DNA of 64,000 bases from an uncultured Pseudomonadota bacterium. GTDB taxonomy: Bacteria; Babelota; Babeliae; Babelales; CAIQNR01. The notes under the pieces are model-generated. The model was not told where the DNA came from. It did not search any database and was given only the letters and a program-made list of their open reading frames with translations. Positions 9,319-18,202 of the stretch are shown here, one piece after another. Made by a program: the position numbers and the translations under genes. The stretch's first letter is position 1. Each line of letters begins with the position of its first letter. Location of the stretch: assembly GCA_964433415.1 (NCBI GenBank), contig CAYSQM010000006.1, positions 2,755 to 66,754 of the forward strand, in the 5' to 3' direction.

Positions 9319-10287
9319 ATGGATTATGGCACAGTTTTTTTTCACTATGGCACCATTGCAATTATTGTAGCAGTTAACGCTATAGGAGCTGGGATTGGTG
9401 GAGGACTTATTAGCAATGCTGCATTAAATGCTCTTGATCAACAACCAAATGCTCACGATTCTATAGGTCAAATATCATTTTTAGGAATTGCACTCATTGA
9501 AACTGCAAGCATTATTAGTCTTACTATGGCATTTTTATTATTGTCACGCCATGTACATTTAGAAAATCAATTTTTTAGTCATTTAAGTGAAATCGGCATT
9601 TTATTTTCTCTTGGCATTACTGGACTAATTACAGGAATAGCTTCAGCAATGCCTGCACGTGCTGCTTGCTATTCAACTGCCCGCCAACCATTCTCTAGCC
9701 AAAAAATTCGTGTCTTAATGCTTCTTACTCAATCACTTATGCAGACACCAGTTATTTTAAGTTTTATTATAGCATTACTTATCAACTATCAAATTCCTTA
9801 TGCTTCCTCACTAGGTGATGCCTTACGCCTTATTGCTAGTGGTTTATGTATTGGTATTGCAAGCATTGGCCCATCTTATGGACTTGCAATCTTTTCTGAA
9901 CAAGTCTGCAAGGGCATAGGTATTAATCGTAATGCCTATAGTTCATTACTTTCATCTACTCCTATTAATGCTGCTATTATTGAATCACCTATTATCTTTT
10001 CATTGCTCGTTTCATTTTTAATACTTCGCACATCTTCAACAGTCAATGATCCTTTATTTTTAGGGCTTACCTGCATAGCTGCTGCATTATGTATGGGACT
10101 ATCTACTCTTGGAACAGGAATTAGTTCTGGAAAAATAGCCGCAAGCGCTTCAAAACAAATTGCTCTTTCTCCTCATTACGCATCACTTCTTTCAAAAAGT
10201 AGTTTATTTGCTCAAGCACTTATTGAAACAAGTGCAATTTATGGATTAGTTATTGCACTATTTTTAATTACTACTAATCTGACATAA
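9319..10287 (+). CDS. atpE: fused F0 c-subunit: four proteolipid hairpins in one 322-aa polypeptide
   Basis: Four tandem units, each with a Gly/Ala-rich helix, a polar loop (DQQP, ARQP, INRN, LSPH) and a helix with the carboxylate position (IETAS, MQTPV, IESPI, IETSA). Confidence 0.7.
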   Translation: MDYGTVFFHYGTIAIIVAVNAIGAGIGGGLISNAALNALDQQPNAHDSIGQISFLGIALIETASIISLTMAFLLLSRHVHLENQFFSHLSEIGILFSLGITGLITGIASAMPARAACYSTARQPFSSQKIRVLMLLTQSLMQTPVILSFIIALLINYQIPYASSLGDALRLIASGLCIGIASIGPSYGLAIFSEQVCKGIGINRNAYSSLLSSTPINAAIIESPIIFSLLVSFLILRTSSTVNDPLFLGLTCIAAALCMGLSTLGTGISSGKIAASASKQIALSPHYASLLSKSSLFAQALIETSAIYGLVIALFLITTNLT

Positions 10288-10419
10288 ATTATTAAATGCT
10301 CATAAAAAGATTATCCAATTAAAAAAATCTATGATCTTCATAAAAAATTTTTTATACTAATAGTACAAAATCAAGTAAAAAAAACAGACTGAAGGCGTTT
10401 ACTATAAAAAGGTAATAAA

Positions 10420-11394
10420 ATGTTTTATAAAAATGTATTAGATGCAATAGGAAATACTCCATTAATACGCGTTCCTTTTTCTTCGCCTGCAACTATTCTT
10501 GCAAAACTTGAATATTTAAATCCAGGTGGCAGCATGAAAGACCGTTCAGCATTATATATGATTGAACAAGCAGAAAAAGATGGTCGTTTAAAACCAGGCG
10601 GCACTATTATTGATGCTTCTTCTGGAAATCATGGAATTACCCTTGCAATGATTGGTGCTGCAAAAGGATACCATGTTGTTATTGTTATTTCTGAAAAATG
10701 TAGCCAAGAAAAATACAAAACATTAAAAGCATATGGCGCAGAAGTAGTTGTCTGTCCTGCAACAAAATTTATTGATGACCCACAAAGCTATCAAATGAAA
10801 GCACAAGAATTGCACAAGCAAATTCCGGGTTCTTTTATGCCTAATCAATATTATAATAAAGAAAATAGAGATGGTCATTACAATAATTTAGGACCTGAAA
10901 TCTGGAAACAAACAGAAGGTAAAATAACCCACTTTTTTGCAGGTACTGGTACCGGTGGAACAGTAAGTGGTGTTGGTGCTTATTTAAAAGAACAAAACCC
11001 TTCTATAAAAGTATATGCTATAGACTCAATTAATTCTTTACGAGCAACACAAGGAAACCCTAAGCCTTATTCCATAGAAGGTATTGGAGTTGATTTCTAC
11101 AATGAAATACTCAATTATGATATTATTGACGAGTTCTTAAATGTCACTGATGAAAATTCAATTGAATGGCTTGGTACGTTAGCACATCGTTATGGACTTC
11201 TTGTTGGCCCAAGTAGTGGAGCTGTTGTTTCTGGATTAATGCAACGTATTGAAACCTTAAAAGAAGATGATGTTGCCGTAATTATTTTTGGTGATTCTGG
11301 CCGTGCTTATCTGAGCAAGAACTTTTATGGGGAACATCAAGATGAAACAATTGTCCTACCTTCAAAACATATAACGAATTCTGTGGAACTTTAG
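10420..11394 (+). CDS. cysK: cysteine synthase / PLP-dependent CysK-CBS family
   Basis: LEYLNPGGSMKDR (PLP Lys), SSGNHG and GTGTGGTVSG are hallmark motifs. Confidence 0.85.
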   Translation: MFYKNVLDAIGNTPLIRVPFSSPATILAKLEYLNPGGSMKDRSALYMIEQAEKDGRLKPGGTIIDASSGNHGITLAMIGAAKGYHVVIVISEKCSQEKYKTLKAYGAEVVVCPATKFIDDPQSYQMKAQELHKQIPGSFMPNQYYNKENRDGHYNNLGPEIWKQTEGKITHFFAGTGTGGTVSGVGAYLKEQNPSIKVYAIDSINSLRATQGNPKPYSIEGIGVDFYNEILNYDIIDEFLNVTDENSIEWLGTLAHRYGLLVGPSSGAVVSGLMQRIETLKEDDVAVIIFGDSGRAYLSKNFYGEHQDETIVLPSKHITNSVEL

Positions 11395-12328
11395 TTAAAT
11401 TTTTATGCCACCATGCATAAATACGATCTATTGGATCTGCAAATAAATCAACTCCAAAATAAAAAGTTCCCCAATGCATGGGAATAAAATAACGGCCTTT
11501 GCAATCCAAAAATGCTTGGGCCGCTTGTTCTGCATTCACATGAGATTTATACATTAATGCTGCCGGCTCACAAGGCCCTATTGGCATCAATACTACATCA
11601 ATAAAAGGAAACACTTCACCAATTGCTGTAAAATATTGTTGTTGATAGGCTGTGTCACCAGCAAAATAAATTGTTTCTTTTCCTGCCTGAATTACCCACC
11701 CACCCCACAATGAACGATTATGATCAAATAATCCACGCTGTGACCAATGATATGCTGGAACAAAGGTAAATGATACTGTTGGCAAAATAACTTGCTCCCA
11801 CCAAGTACATTCTTCTACCCTAAAAATGCTTCTCTTTAAAAACCATGCCTTATCCCCGTTAGGAACTAAGAACAAAGGATCATCTCGTTTAAACAATGCA
11901 ACTAATGTAGCGGCATCCATATGATCACGATGGTTATGAGAAAGCAAAACAACATCAATTTTTGGTAAAGCATCAAATGAACTACCAAAAGGCAAAATAC
12001 GCTTATAGAGGAATGAAGGACTTTCTATAATTGGATCGGTAATAATAGTCAGACCACCAACACGAATCAACATTGATGCATGCCCCATCCAGCTTATTAC
12101 AGCGCCTGAACTCCCTATAAAATTTTCCGGCACTACTGAATTTTCCAACCATACTTCATGCTCTACTTTTTCATTTCGCCTTCGCCTAATACCATCCCAA
12201 TACATTTTAATAGAAGGCAATAGCCATTCTGGGCTTTCCAACTTATTAAACAGACAAAAATTAAAATATTTATTTTTTTCTTTACGAGGAAAAAAGGGGG
12301 GATGAGAAATTATTTTTTTCAAAACCAT
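11282..12328 (-). CDS. MBL-fold metallo-hydrolase (NAPE-PLD-like, Lactamase_B_2 type)
   Basis: LLSHNHRDHMD (HxHxDH), later AGDTAY and MPIGP. The 3' end overlaps the cysK 3' end by 113 nt. Confidence 0.7.
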   Translation of the reverse strand: MVLKKIISHPPFFPRKEKNKYFNFCLFNKLESPEWLLPSIKMYWDGIRRRRNEKVEHEVWLENSVVPENFIGSSGAVISWMGHASMLIRVGGLTIITDPIIESPSFLYKRILPFGSSFDALPKIDVVLLSHNHRDHMDAATLVALFKRDDPLFLVPNGDKAWFLKRSIFRVEECTWWEQVILPTVSFTFVPAYHWSQRGLFDHNRSLWGGWVIQAGKETIYFAGDTAYQQQYFTAIGEVFPFIDVVLMPIGPCEPAALMYKSHVNAEQAAQAFLDCKGRYFIPMHWGTFYFGVDLFADPIDRIYAWWHKNLTKVPQNSLYVLKVGQLFHLDVPHKSSCSDKHGQNHQK

Positions 12329-12678
12329 AGAAATCTACACTCTTTAAGAAGGAATAAGTCATATTTTATATACTAAGTTCAAATGAAAAAGTATAGAGTA
12401 AAAATTTTCCCCCATCCGGCAGAACGTCGGATAGGGGAAATGGAGGTTATCTAAGATAAGTGCCCATAATCTTAATGCAAGACATCTAGGCATGAAAAGA
12501 AATGTACATCAACAAAGAACAAAAATCAAATTATTTTTAAATAAAAAAAACTATAAATAAATTATTTCAATTTACTAAAATAAAACTAGTCGCAATAGAA
12601 TTTTTTAATAGTTTTAATCACTAAAAAAAATCTCTTTTAAGCATATAAATCATATAATAATTTATGCTTTAAATAAGC

Positions 12679-12888
12679 TCAAACACTTTCGATCTCTCTG
12701 ACCAAAATAACAGATACAGGGCAAAGCTGAGCTGCTTCATGAATTTTCTCTTGATAGGCCATAAAATCAACCTCTGAATTAATTACGCAATTATTACTAA
12801 CAGTAAATACTTCTGGAGCTAGAAATTCACAAGCTCCACACGCAATGCACCCAGGTTCGATCTCGACCATTTTTATTTTTTTTGCCAT
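12679..12888 (-). CDS. small ferredoxin (single Fe-S cluster)
   Basis: CIACGACEFLAPEVF ... CPVSVI (CxxCxxC...CP). ATG at 12888 (MAKKIKMVEIEPG) is preferred over the track start at 12930. Confidence 0.75.
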   Translation of the reverse strand: MAKKIKMVEIEPGCIACGACEFLAPEVFTVSNNCVINSEVDFMAYQEKIHEAAQLCPVSVILVREIESV

Positions 12889-12943
12889 AATAGAATAGAG
12901 CATACTAAGAAAAAATAGATTGGAAAACAAACCGAAATAAATA

Positions 12944-13594
12944 ATGACAAAAAAAACAAATGGTCTTCTTATCAGTATTGAAGGAATAGACGGATCAGGA
13001 AAATCATCATTAGCTCAAGAGCTTACAAAAAAATGTAAAGATGAAGGATATTCCGTTATTCTTACCAAAGAACCAGGGGGGACCCCTTTTGGTATGCAAT
13101 TACGTCCACTTTTAAATCATCAAATTGAACCTCTTGACCCCAAAGCCGAATTCCTTTGCTTTGCAGCTGATCGCGCACAACATTTTGCGCAGGTGATTTT
13201 ACCAGCGCTTAAAAAAAATACGTTAATAATTTCAGATCGCATGGCAGATTCATCACTAGTCTATCAAGGATATGGACGCGGATTAGACCTCTCATTCATC
13301 AATGCTGTCAATCAATGGGCAATGCAAAATAATAATCCTGACCTAGTCTTTTATGTAAAAATTTCTTCAGAAAGAGCACTTCAACGTATTATTGCACGAA
13401 ATAAAGCAATTACCTCTTTTGAAAAAAAAGCATTTATAGAAGCAACATCTCAAGGTTTTGATAAACTTTTTGCTCAAAAAACAAATGTCATAACTCTTGA
13501 TGCTGCCCAAGAGTTAACAGTGCTTGTTGAACAAGCCTTTACTGTTATTCAAAATCATTATAAAAAATACTCTTTAACAAAAGAGTTAACATGA
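12944..13594 (+). CDS. tmk: thymidylate kinase
   Basis: ISIEGIDGSGKSS P-loop, TKEPGGTP and DRMADSSLVYQG. Confidence 0.9.
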   Translation: MTKKTNGLLISIEGIDGSGKSSLAQELTKKCKDEGYSVILTKEPGGTPFGMQLRPLLNHQIEPLDPKAEFLCFAADRAQHFAQVILPALKKNTLIISDRMADSSLVYQGYGRGLDLSFINAVNQWAMQNNNPDLVFYVKISSERALQRIIARNKAITSFEKKAFIEATSQGFDKLFAQKTNVITLDAAQELTVLVEQAFTVIQNHYKKYSLTKELT

Positions 13595-14346
13595 CAAATA
13601 CCCCAACAGCATTACTTATCGCTGGACAAAATAACTTAACACAATCAGCTGCACTCAAAACCATTAAACAAATTTATTGTTCCAGCAACAATACTGAGCC
13701 ATGCAATAACTGCGCAGCCTGTACCTCTATTAATGCTGGCACTCATCATGCGCAAATAAATATAATACCAGAAAAACGATATACTCTTGATGACCTTGAA
13801 CTAATCTTTAAAAAAAGTTCATTTAAACTTGATGACGATGAACACTGTTTTTTTATTATTCACAAAGCCGATCTTCTTTCTCTATCATGTGCCAATACTT
13901 TATTAAAGCTTATTGAAGAACCTCCTTATGGCTATCATTTTATCTTCCTCACAGAACGCTTTCTTTCTGTATTGCCTACAATTCGTTCTCGCTGCACTTT
14001 ACAGATATTACGAGAAACAATTGCTACATATAAGGGCACTTTTTTATGTCACTTCACTTCAACAATGACCAATGTTTTAACCTTCCAAAAAGAACTCATT
14101 GATAATGCTCCTTCTGAAGAGGAAACTGCAATGCTTATAGATAAATTATTGCACTACTTTGGTGAACGCTTTAAAGAAACTTTGATAAGAAATTTTTCAC
14201 TAGATAACACAATAAATAACCAAACTGAACTTTTAACTATTGAAAATAAAATACTGTTTTTAAGAAAAACACTGTTAAACTTACCAATGCCAGGAAGTTC
14301 AAAAATCTTTTGGAAAAATTTTTACCTAAAATTTCACTTACTTTAA
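13591..14346 (+). CDS. holB: DNA polymerase III delta' subunit
   Basis: Zn module CNNCAACTSINAGTHHA, LLKLIEEPP and IRSRC; 4-nt overlap with tmk, the usual tmk-holB pairing. Confidence 0.75.
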   Translation: MTNTPTALLIAGQNNLTQSAALKTIKQIYCSSNNTEPCNNCAACTSINAGTHHAQINIIPEKRYTLDDLELIFKKSSFKLDDDEHCFFIIHKADLLSLSCANTLLKLIEEPPYGYHFIFLTERFLSVLPTIRSRCTLQILRETIATYKGTFLCHFTSTMTNVLTFQKELIDNAPSEEETAMLIDKLLHYFGERFKETLIRNFSLDNTINNQTELLTIENKILFLRKTLLNLPMPGSSKIFWKNFYLKFHLL

Positions 14347-14361
14347 CACGAAAAGCACTCA

Positions 14362-14808
14362 ATGGCCTTACCCATTAAAAATTTTCTTCCTGCTATCATT
14401 CATCAAAAAGGATGGAAATTACAGCTTCTCTCTCAATGGGCATCTATTGTTGGCACTTTAGAAAGTAAGATGTGCATTAAAAAAATTAATGAAACTCAAC
14501 TTATTATTGGAGTTTATGATGCAAGCTGGCTTCAAGAACTTTATTATCTTTCATCAATTTTACTAAAAACAATCAATGAAAAACTAGAAAAAAGCACTTT
14601 AACTGCTATTAAATTTGTACACATACAGAAAAAAATAATCTCTGTAGATAGTAAACCAAAATTTTCTAAAAAAACTCCTGAAAAATGCACTCTAATAACC
14701 TTAACCGAAAAAGAAAAATATGCTTTAGAAAAAATAAAAGATGAAAATTTAAAAGAAGCGTTACATACATTTTTAAGTAGATGCCATTTTGAAAAGTTAA
14801 ATCGATGA
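14362..14808 (+). CDS. DUF721 / DciA-like protein
   Basis: WKLQLLSQWASIVGTLESKMCIKKINETQLIIGVYDASWLQELYYL fits the DUF721 pattern (W..IVG ... L.I.V....W..EL). Confidence 0.5.
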   Translation: MALPIKNFLPAIIHQKGWKLQLLSQWASIVGTLESKMCIKKINETQLIIGVYDASWLQELYYLSSILLKTINEKLEKSTLTAIKFVHIQKKIISVDSKPKFSKKTPEKCTLITLTEKEKYALEKIKDENLKEALHTFLSRCHFEKLNR

Positions 14809-15830
14809 ATAAAATTATTTGCTGTGTCGCTGGACGATCTGGTGGACATATCATTCCTTGCCTTATGTATGCAGAATATTTAAAAAAAGATTCTACCCAT
14901 TCTGAGATCTTATTTTTTAGTACCAATGGAGCACTTGATGCTTCTATTATAAAAAATTTCCCTTCAATTACTGATCATATTGGTTTACCTCTTACTGGGA
15001 TACCCAGCAAAAAAAGTATTTTTTCTTATTTAAAATTTATCAAACAATTAATAAGTACAACATTAAAAACTATCTATTGGCTTATACTAAAAAGACCTGC
15101 ACTCATTGTAAGCACTGGTGGCTATATTGCAGTACCTGTCTGTATAATTGGATTTTTATTACGAATTCGCATAGAACTTTTTGAATTAAATGCAGTCCCT
15201 GGCAAAGCCACACTTTTTCTTGCCCGTTATGCATCAATTATTCATACATGCTTCCCAGAAGCAGAAAAAAGTTTTCACCACTACAAAACCGATCTCATTA
15301 AATACCCAATACGATTTAATCATAAAAAATTATTATCAAGAGATGCCGCTCTTAAAAATTTAGGATTTTGCTCTGAAAAAATGACAATCCTCATTCTTGG
15401 CGGGTCGCAAGGATCTCTTTTTATTAATAATATTATGAAAAAAGCATGCATCCTTAATAAAACATTATTTTCATCAATTCAAATTATTCATCAAACAGGT
15501 GATCGTTCTACCGAAATTAAAGACTTCTATACAAAAAAAGAGATTACCAGTTGCGTCTTTCCCTACATTTCTCATATAGAACAATTTTACCCAGCAGCTG
15601 ATTTAATTATTTGTCGTGCTGGTGCAGGAACCCTTTTTGAAACGCTTTTTTTCAAAAAACCAGCAATTATTATTCCTCTTGAAACAGCTGAAACAAACCA
15701 TCAACTTGACAATGCCCTTTCTATGCAGAATCAATATCCAACTTTTTTTTCTGTATTACGCCAACAAGAACTATTCGATGACATAACACCATTTATCCAA
15801 TTGGTACAACAGCTGATGGAGCCCAAGTAG
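14805..15830 (+). CDS. murG: UDP-GlcNAc:lipid I N-acetylglucosaminyltransferase
   Basis: AGRSGGHIIPCL, LGGSQGS, ICRAGAGTLFE and ETNHQLDNA. Confidence 0.85.
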   Translation: MNKIICCVAGRSGGHIIPCLMYAEYLKKDSTHSEILFFSTNGALDASIIKNFPSITDHIGLPLTGIPSKKSIFSYLKFIKQLISTTLKTIYWLILKRPALIVSTGGYIAVPVCIIGFLLRIRIELFELNAVPGKATLFLARYASIIHTCFPEAEKSFHHYKTDLIKYPIRFNHKKLLSRDAALKNLGFCSEKMTILILGGSQGSLFINNIMKKACILNKTLFSSIQIIHQTGDRSTEIKDFYTKKEITSCVFPYISHIEQFYPAADLIICRAGAGTLFETLFFKKPAIIIPLETAETNHQLDNALSMQNQYPTFFSVLRQQELFDDITPFIQLVQQLMEPK

Positions 15831-18117
15831 ATACAGATACTGGACATGTTTGCCCTACTGGACAGTTTGGATTGTTAGCATTATTGGTTACAATTTCACC
15901 ATTACTTGATTCATACATAGTAGGCGAACTTGTTCCTGAAAATACATAATCATTAGTCCCTGCCATCCAAAAAATTAATGGATCAGTAATACTACCCGGA
16001 CCATTTACTATACGTTGCACTATACTCTGACCAAAAGTATTAAAGTTAGTGGTATAAGTTACCGGATTAGTACTAGGAGAAACAGGCATGAAAATATTAT
16101 TAATCCCAATACCAGAACCTTGAAGGTAACTACTTACTGAAGCTAAAGCAACCGATTGCGGTGTTGCCGGAGAACTCAATGGAGTAGGCGGATTTAAAGC
16201 AGCTGAAACCCATAATTGAACATTGTTCATTAAAGTTGCATAACCAGGATTTGTTCCATCGGCAGCAGTAGCAAATACTGAATTATTCACACAACTTCCT
16301 ACCATTTGAAGAGGCAATTCAAAGCATGCTTGTGGTGGATAAATAGTATAGTAGAAAGGACCAGAACTCCCTTCATAAGAAGAAAAAACATCTGAGGCAA
16401 GTAATATTCCGGTTACGCCAGAATCAGGATCGGTTAAATAAGTAAGATTATTAGTTAATGGCTGAGATAACAAAGAAGATTGCTGAGCGTAACTCATTGT
16501 TGGCACTGTTGCTGGCGGAGTTGGTGGAATAAAAGGAATAAATTTAATTTTTTCTGACGCAAGATTTCTTAAAAATTGCTGTGCAGTAGTTGGATTAGTA
16601 GTATCTAAAGAAACAATTGATAAACGAGCTGCAGAAATTAAAGAAGTCGTTAAAGGCATTATAGTAGATGGAGTAGTAGTGGGCGCTGGAATAGTACATA
16701 ATGCTGCTTCTGCTGGACTCAACGTACATTTATAATTTAATGGTGGACGTATAAAAGAAAATGAAACTGCTTGTCCTGTAGGAATTTGACCTAATACAAC
16801 ACCATCTGGCGATGAAGCTGTAAGCCATCCTGGTGCATAATAAATAAACCAAAGTGACCGATTAACTGGATCAAAAGATACAAAAGGAGCGCCTGTTGCA
16901 CTACCCGTTGATCCTGATGTTGAAACTTCAGTTGTAGCATTACCAATAATACCACCTTGTGCAGCCAATTGTGCCACATATTGTGCTGCAGATTGATTCC
17001 AAATAAAACAACGCACAGGAGAAAGATCTCGTGTTTGTTTAGAAACAGGGATTATTGACCAAGCACCAGCACTGCCACTACTTGTTGATGCAACCAAATA
17101 ATTACCTGGATTAAACCCTGTTTGTATAACTTCAAGTACTGGAGAAGTAGCGTTGTTACTAATAATTTCATAGTTACAGCGCATTGCGCCATTACCTACA
17201 GAATTAGTTACCACTGCATTTGCTGTACTGCTCCAAGATGCTGTGGCAAGTCCTTGCGGATTAAGATAAACAGTATTTTGAGTAGTTGACATTGGCAATG
17301 TCCCCGCACTACTAAAGACTAAAGTAGAAACACCAGTTGCTAAACGAAATGCATGAGTAGAATCACTAGTCAAAAAATTAAAACTATTAGGATCTAAAGT
17401 AACTGTGTACTTTTTTATTGGTGTACCAATTGGCGCAGTAGGATCTGAACAAGAAAAAACAATAGTATTTTGTTGATTAACACCATTATAAATAAGAGCA
17501 TTAAAGTCACTAGTAAACCCAACATAAGAACCATTAGAAGCAGGATTACTGGCAGTATTAGCATTAGGACCACTTTGTCCAATTTTTTCAACAGCAGGCC
17601 CTACCACTTGCCTTACACCTGATAAAGTATCAACTTTTGTATAAACATTATAATAAAAAGTAGGATTACTTAGTCCATTAGTAGCATCAGCGTAAGTAGG
17701 CATAGCATTAACTAAATCATCTGTAAAAGAACCCTTACCATTACCAAAACCAATCTCAACTTCAAGATAAAGTCCAATATTAGAAAAATTAGATCCTGTA
17801 CTTTGACCTGGCAAAAGAGCAGAAACTGTGGAACCTGATGTCCCGCTTCCTTCAAAAACAACCCCCTGAATCTTATCAAGATCATTGCACTGTACACTCA
17901 CCGTATCAGCAATAGTATTATTAAAGACTTCAAAAGAATAATGATACCCAGGAGGAGACATTCCAAAACTTTGAGCCATTCCTTCGCCAAAATTTTTAAA
18001 ACCATTTCCTATCCCACTCATAGTACTGGTAAAACTTGATAAGCTACTGCTAAAACTACTTTTCAATTCACTATTAAAAATGAATAATAATAAAAATATA
18101 TATATACACTTCCACAT
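15793..18117 (-). CDS. large secreted Ser/Thr/Asn/Pro/Gly-rich, nearly uncharged protein (surface protein candidate)
   Basis: ATG at 18117 (MWKCIYIFLLLFIFNS signal peptide) is preceded by GGGGAG at a 7-nt spacing. 775 aa with very few K/E/D/R, unlike the neighbouring genes. Confidence 0.6.
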   Translation of the reverse strand: MWKCIYIFLLLFIFNSELKSSFSSSLSSFTSTMSGIGNGFKNFGEGMAQSFGMSPPGYHYSFEVFNNTIADTVSVQCNDLDKIQGVVFEGSGTSGSTVSALLPGQSTGSNFSNIGLYLEVEIGFGNGKGSFTDDLVNAMPTYADATNGLSNPTFYYNVYTKVDTLSGVRQVVGPAVEKIGQSGPNANTASNPASNGSYVGFTSDFNALIYNGVNQQNTIVFSCSDPTAPIGTPIKKYTVTLDPNSFNFLTSDSTHAFRLATGVSTLVFSSAGTLPMSTTQNTVYLNPQGLATASWSSTANAVVTNSVGNGAMRCNYEIISNNATSPVLEVIQTGFNPGNYLVASTSSGSAGAWSIIPVSKQTRDLSPVRCFIWNQSAAQYVAQLAAQGGIIGNATTEVSTSGSTGSATGAPFVSFDPVNRSLWFIYYAPGWLTASSPDGVVLGQIPTGQAVSFSFIRPPLNYKCTLSPAEAALCTIPAPTTTPSTIMPLTTSLISAARLSIVSLDTTNPTTAQQFLRNLASEKIKFIPFIPPTPPATVPTMSYAQQSSLLSQPLTNNLTYLTDPDSGVTGILLASDVFSSYEGSSGPFYYTIYPPQACFELPLQMVGSCVNNSVFATAADGTNPGYATLMNNVQLWVSAALNPPTPLSSPATPQSVALASVSSYLQGSGIGINNIFMPVSPSTNPVTYTTNFNTFGQSIVQRIVNGPGSITDPLIFWMAGTNDYVFSGTSSPTMYESSNGEIVTNNANNPNCPVGQTCPVSVSTWAPSAVVPIG

Positions 18118-18202
18118 AAAAAGCTCCCCGCTATACACCATTAACTTATTTTTTTGTTTTACTCTAATAAAAGAATAAGTGTCAAGCACTCACAAGATAA
18201 AG

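Noticed and set aside
12383-12454. 23-codon ORF (MKKYRVKIFPHPAERRIGEMEVI) spanning the GC-rich hairpin.
   Set aside because: No RBS, no resemblance to small ribosomal proteins or known leader peptides. The hairpin itself is reported as a finding instead.
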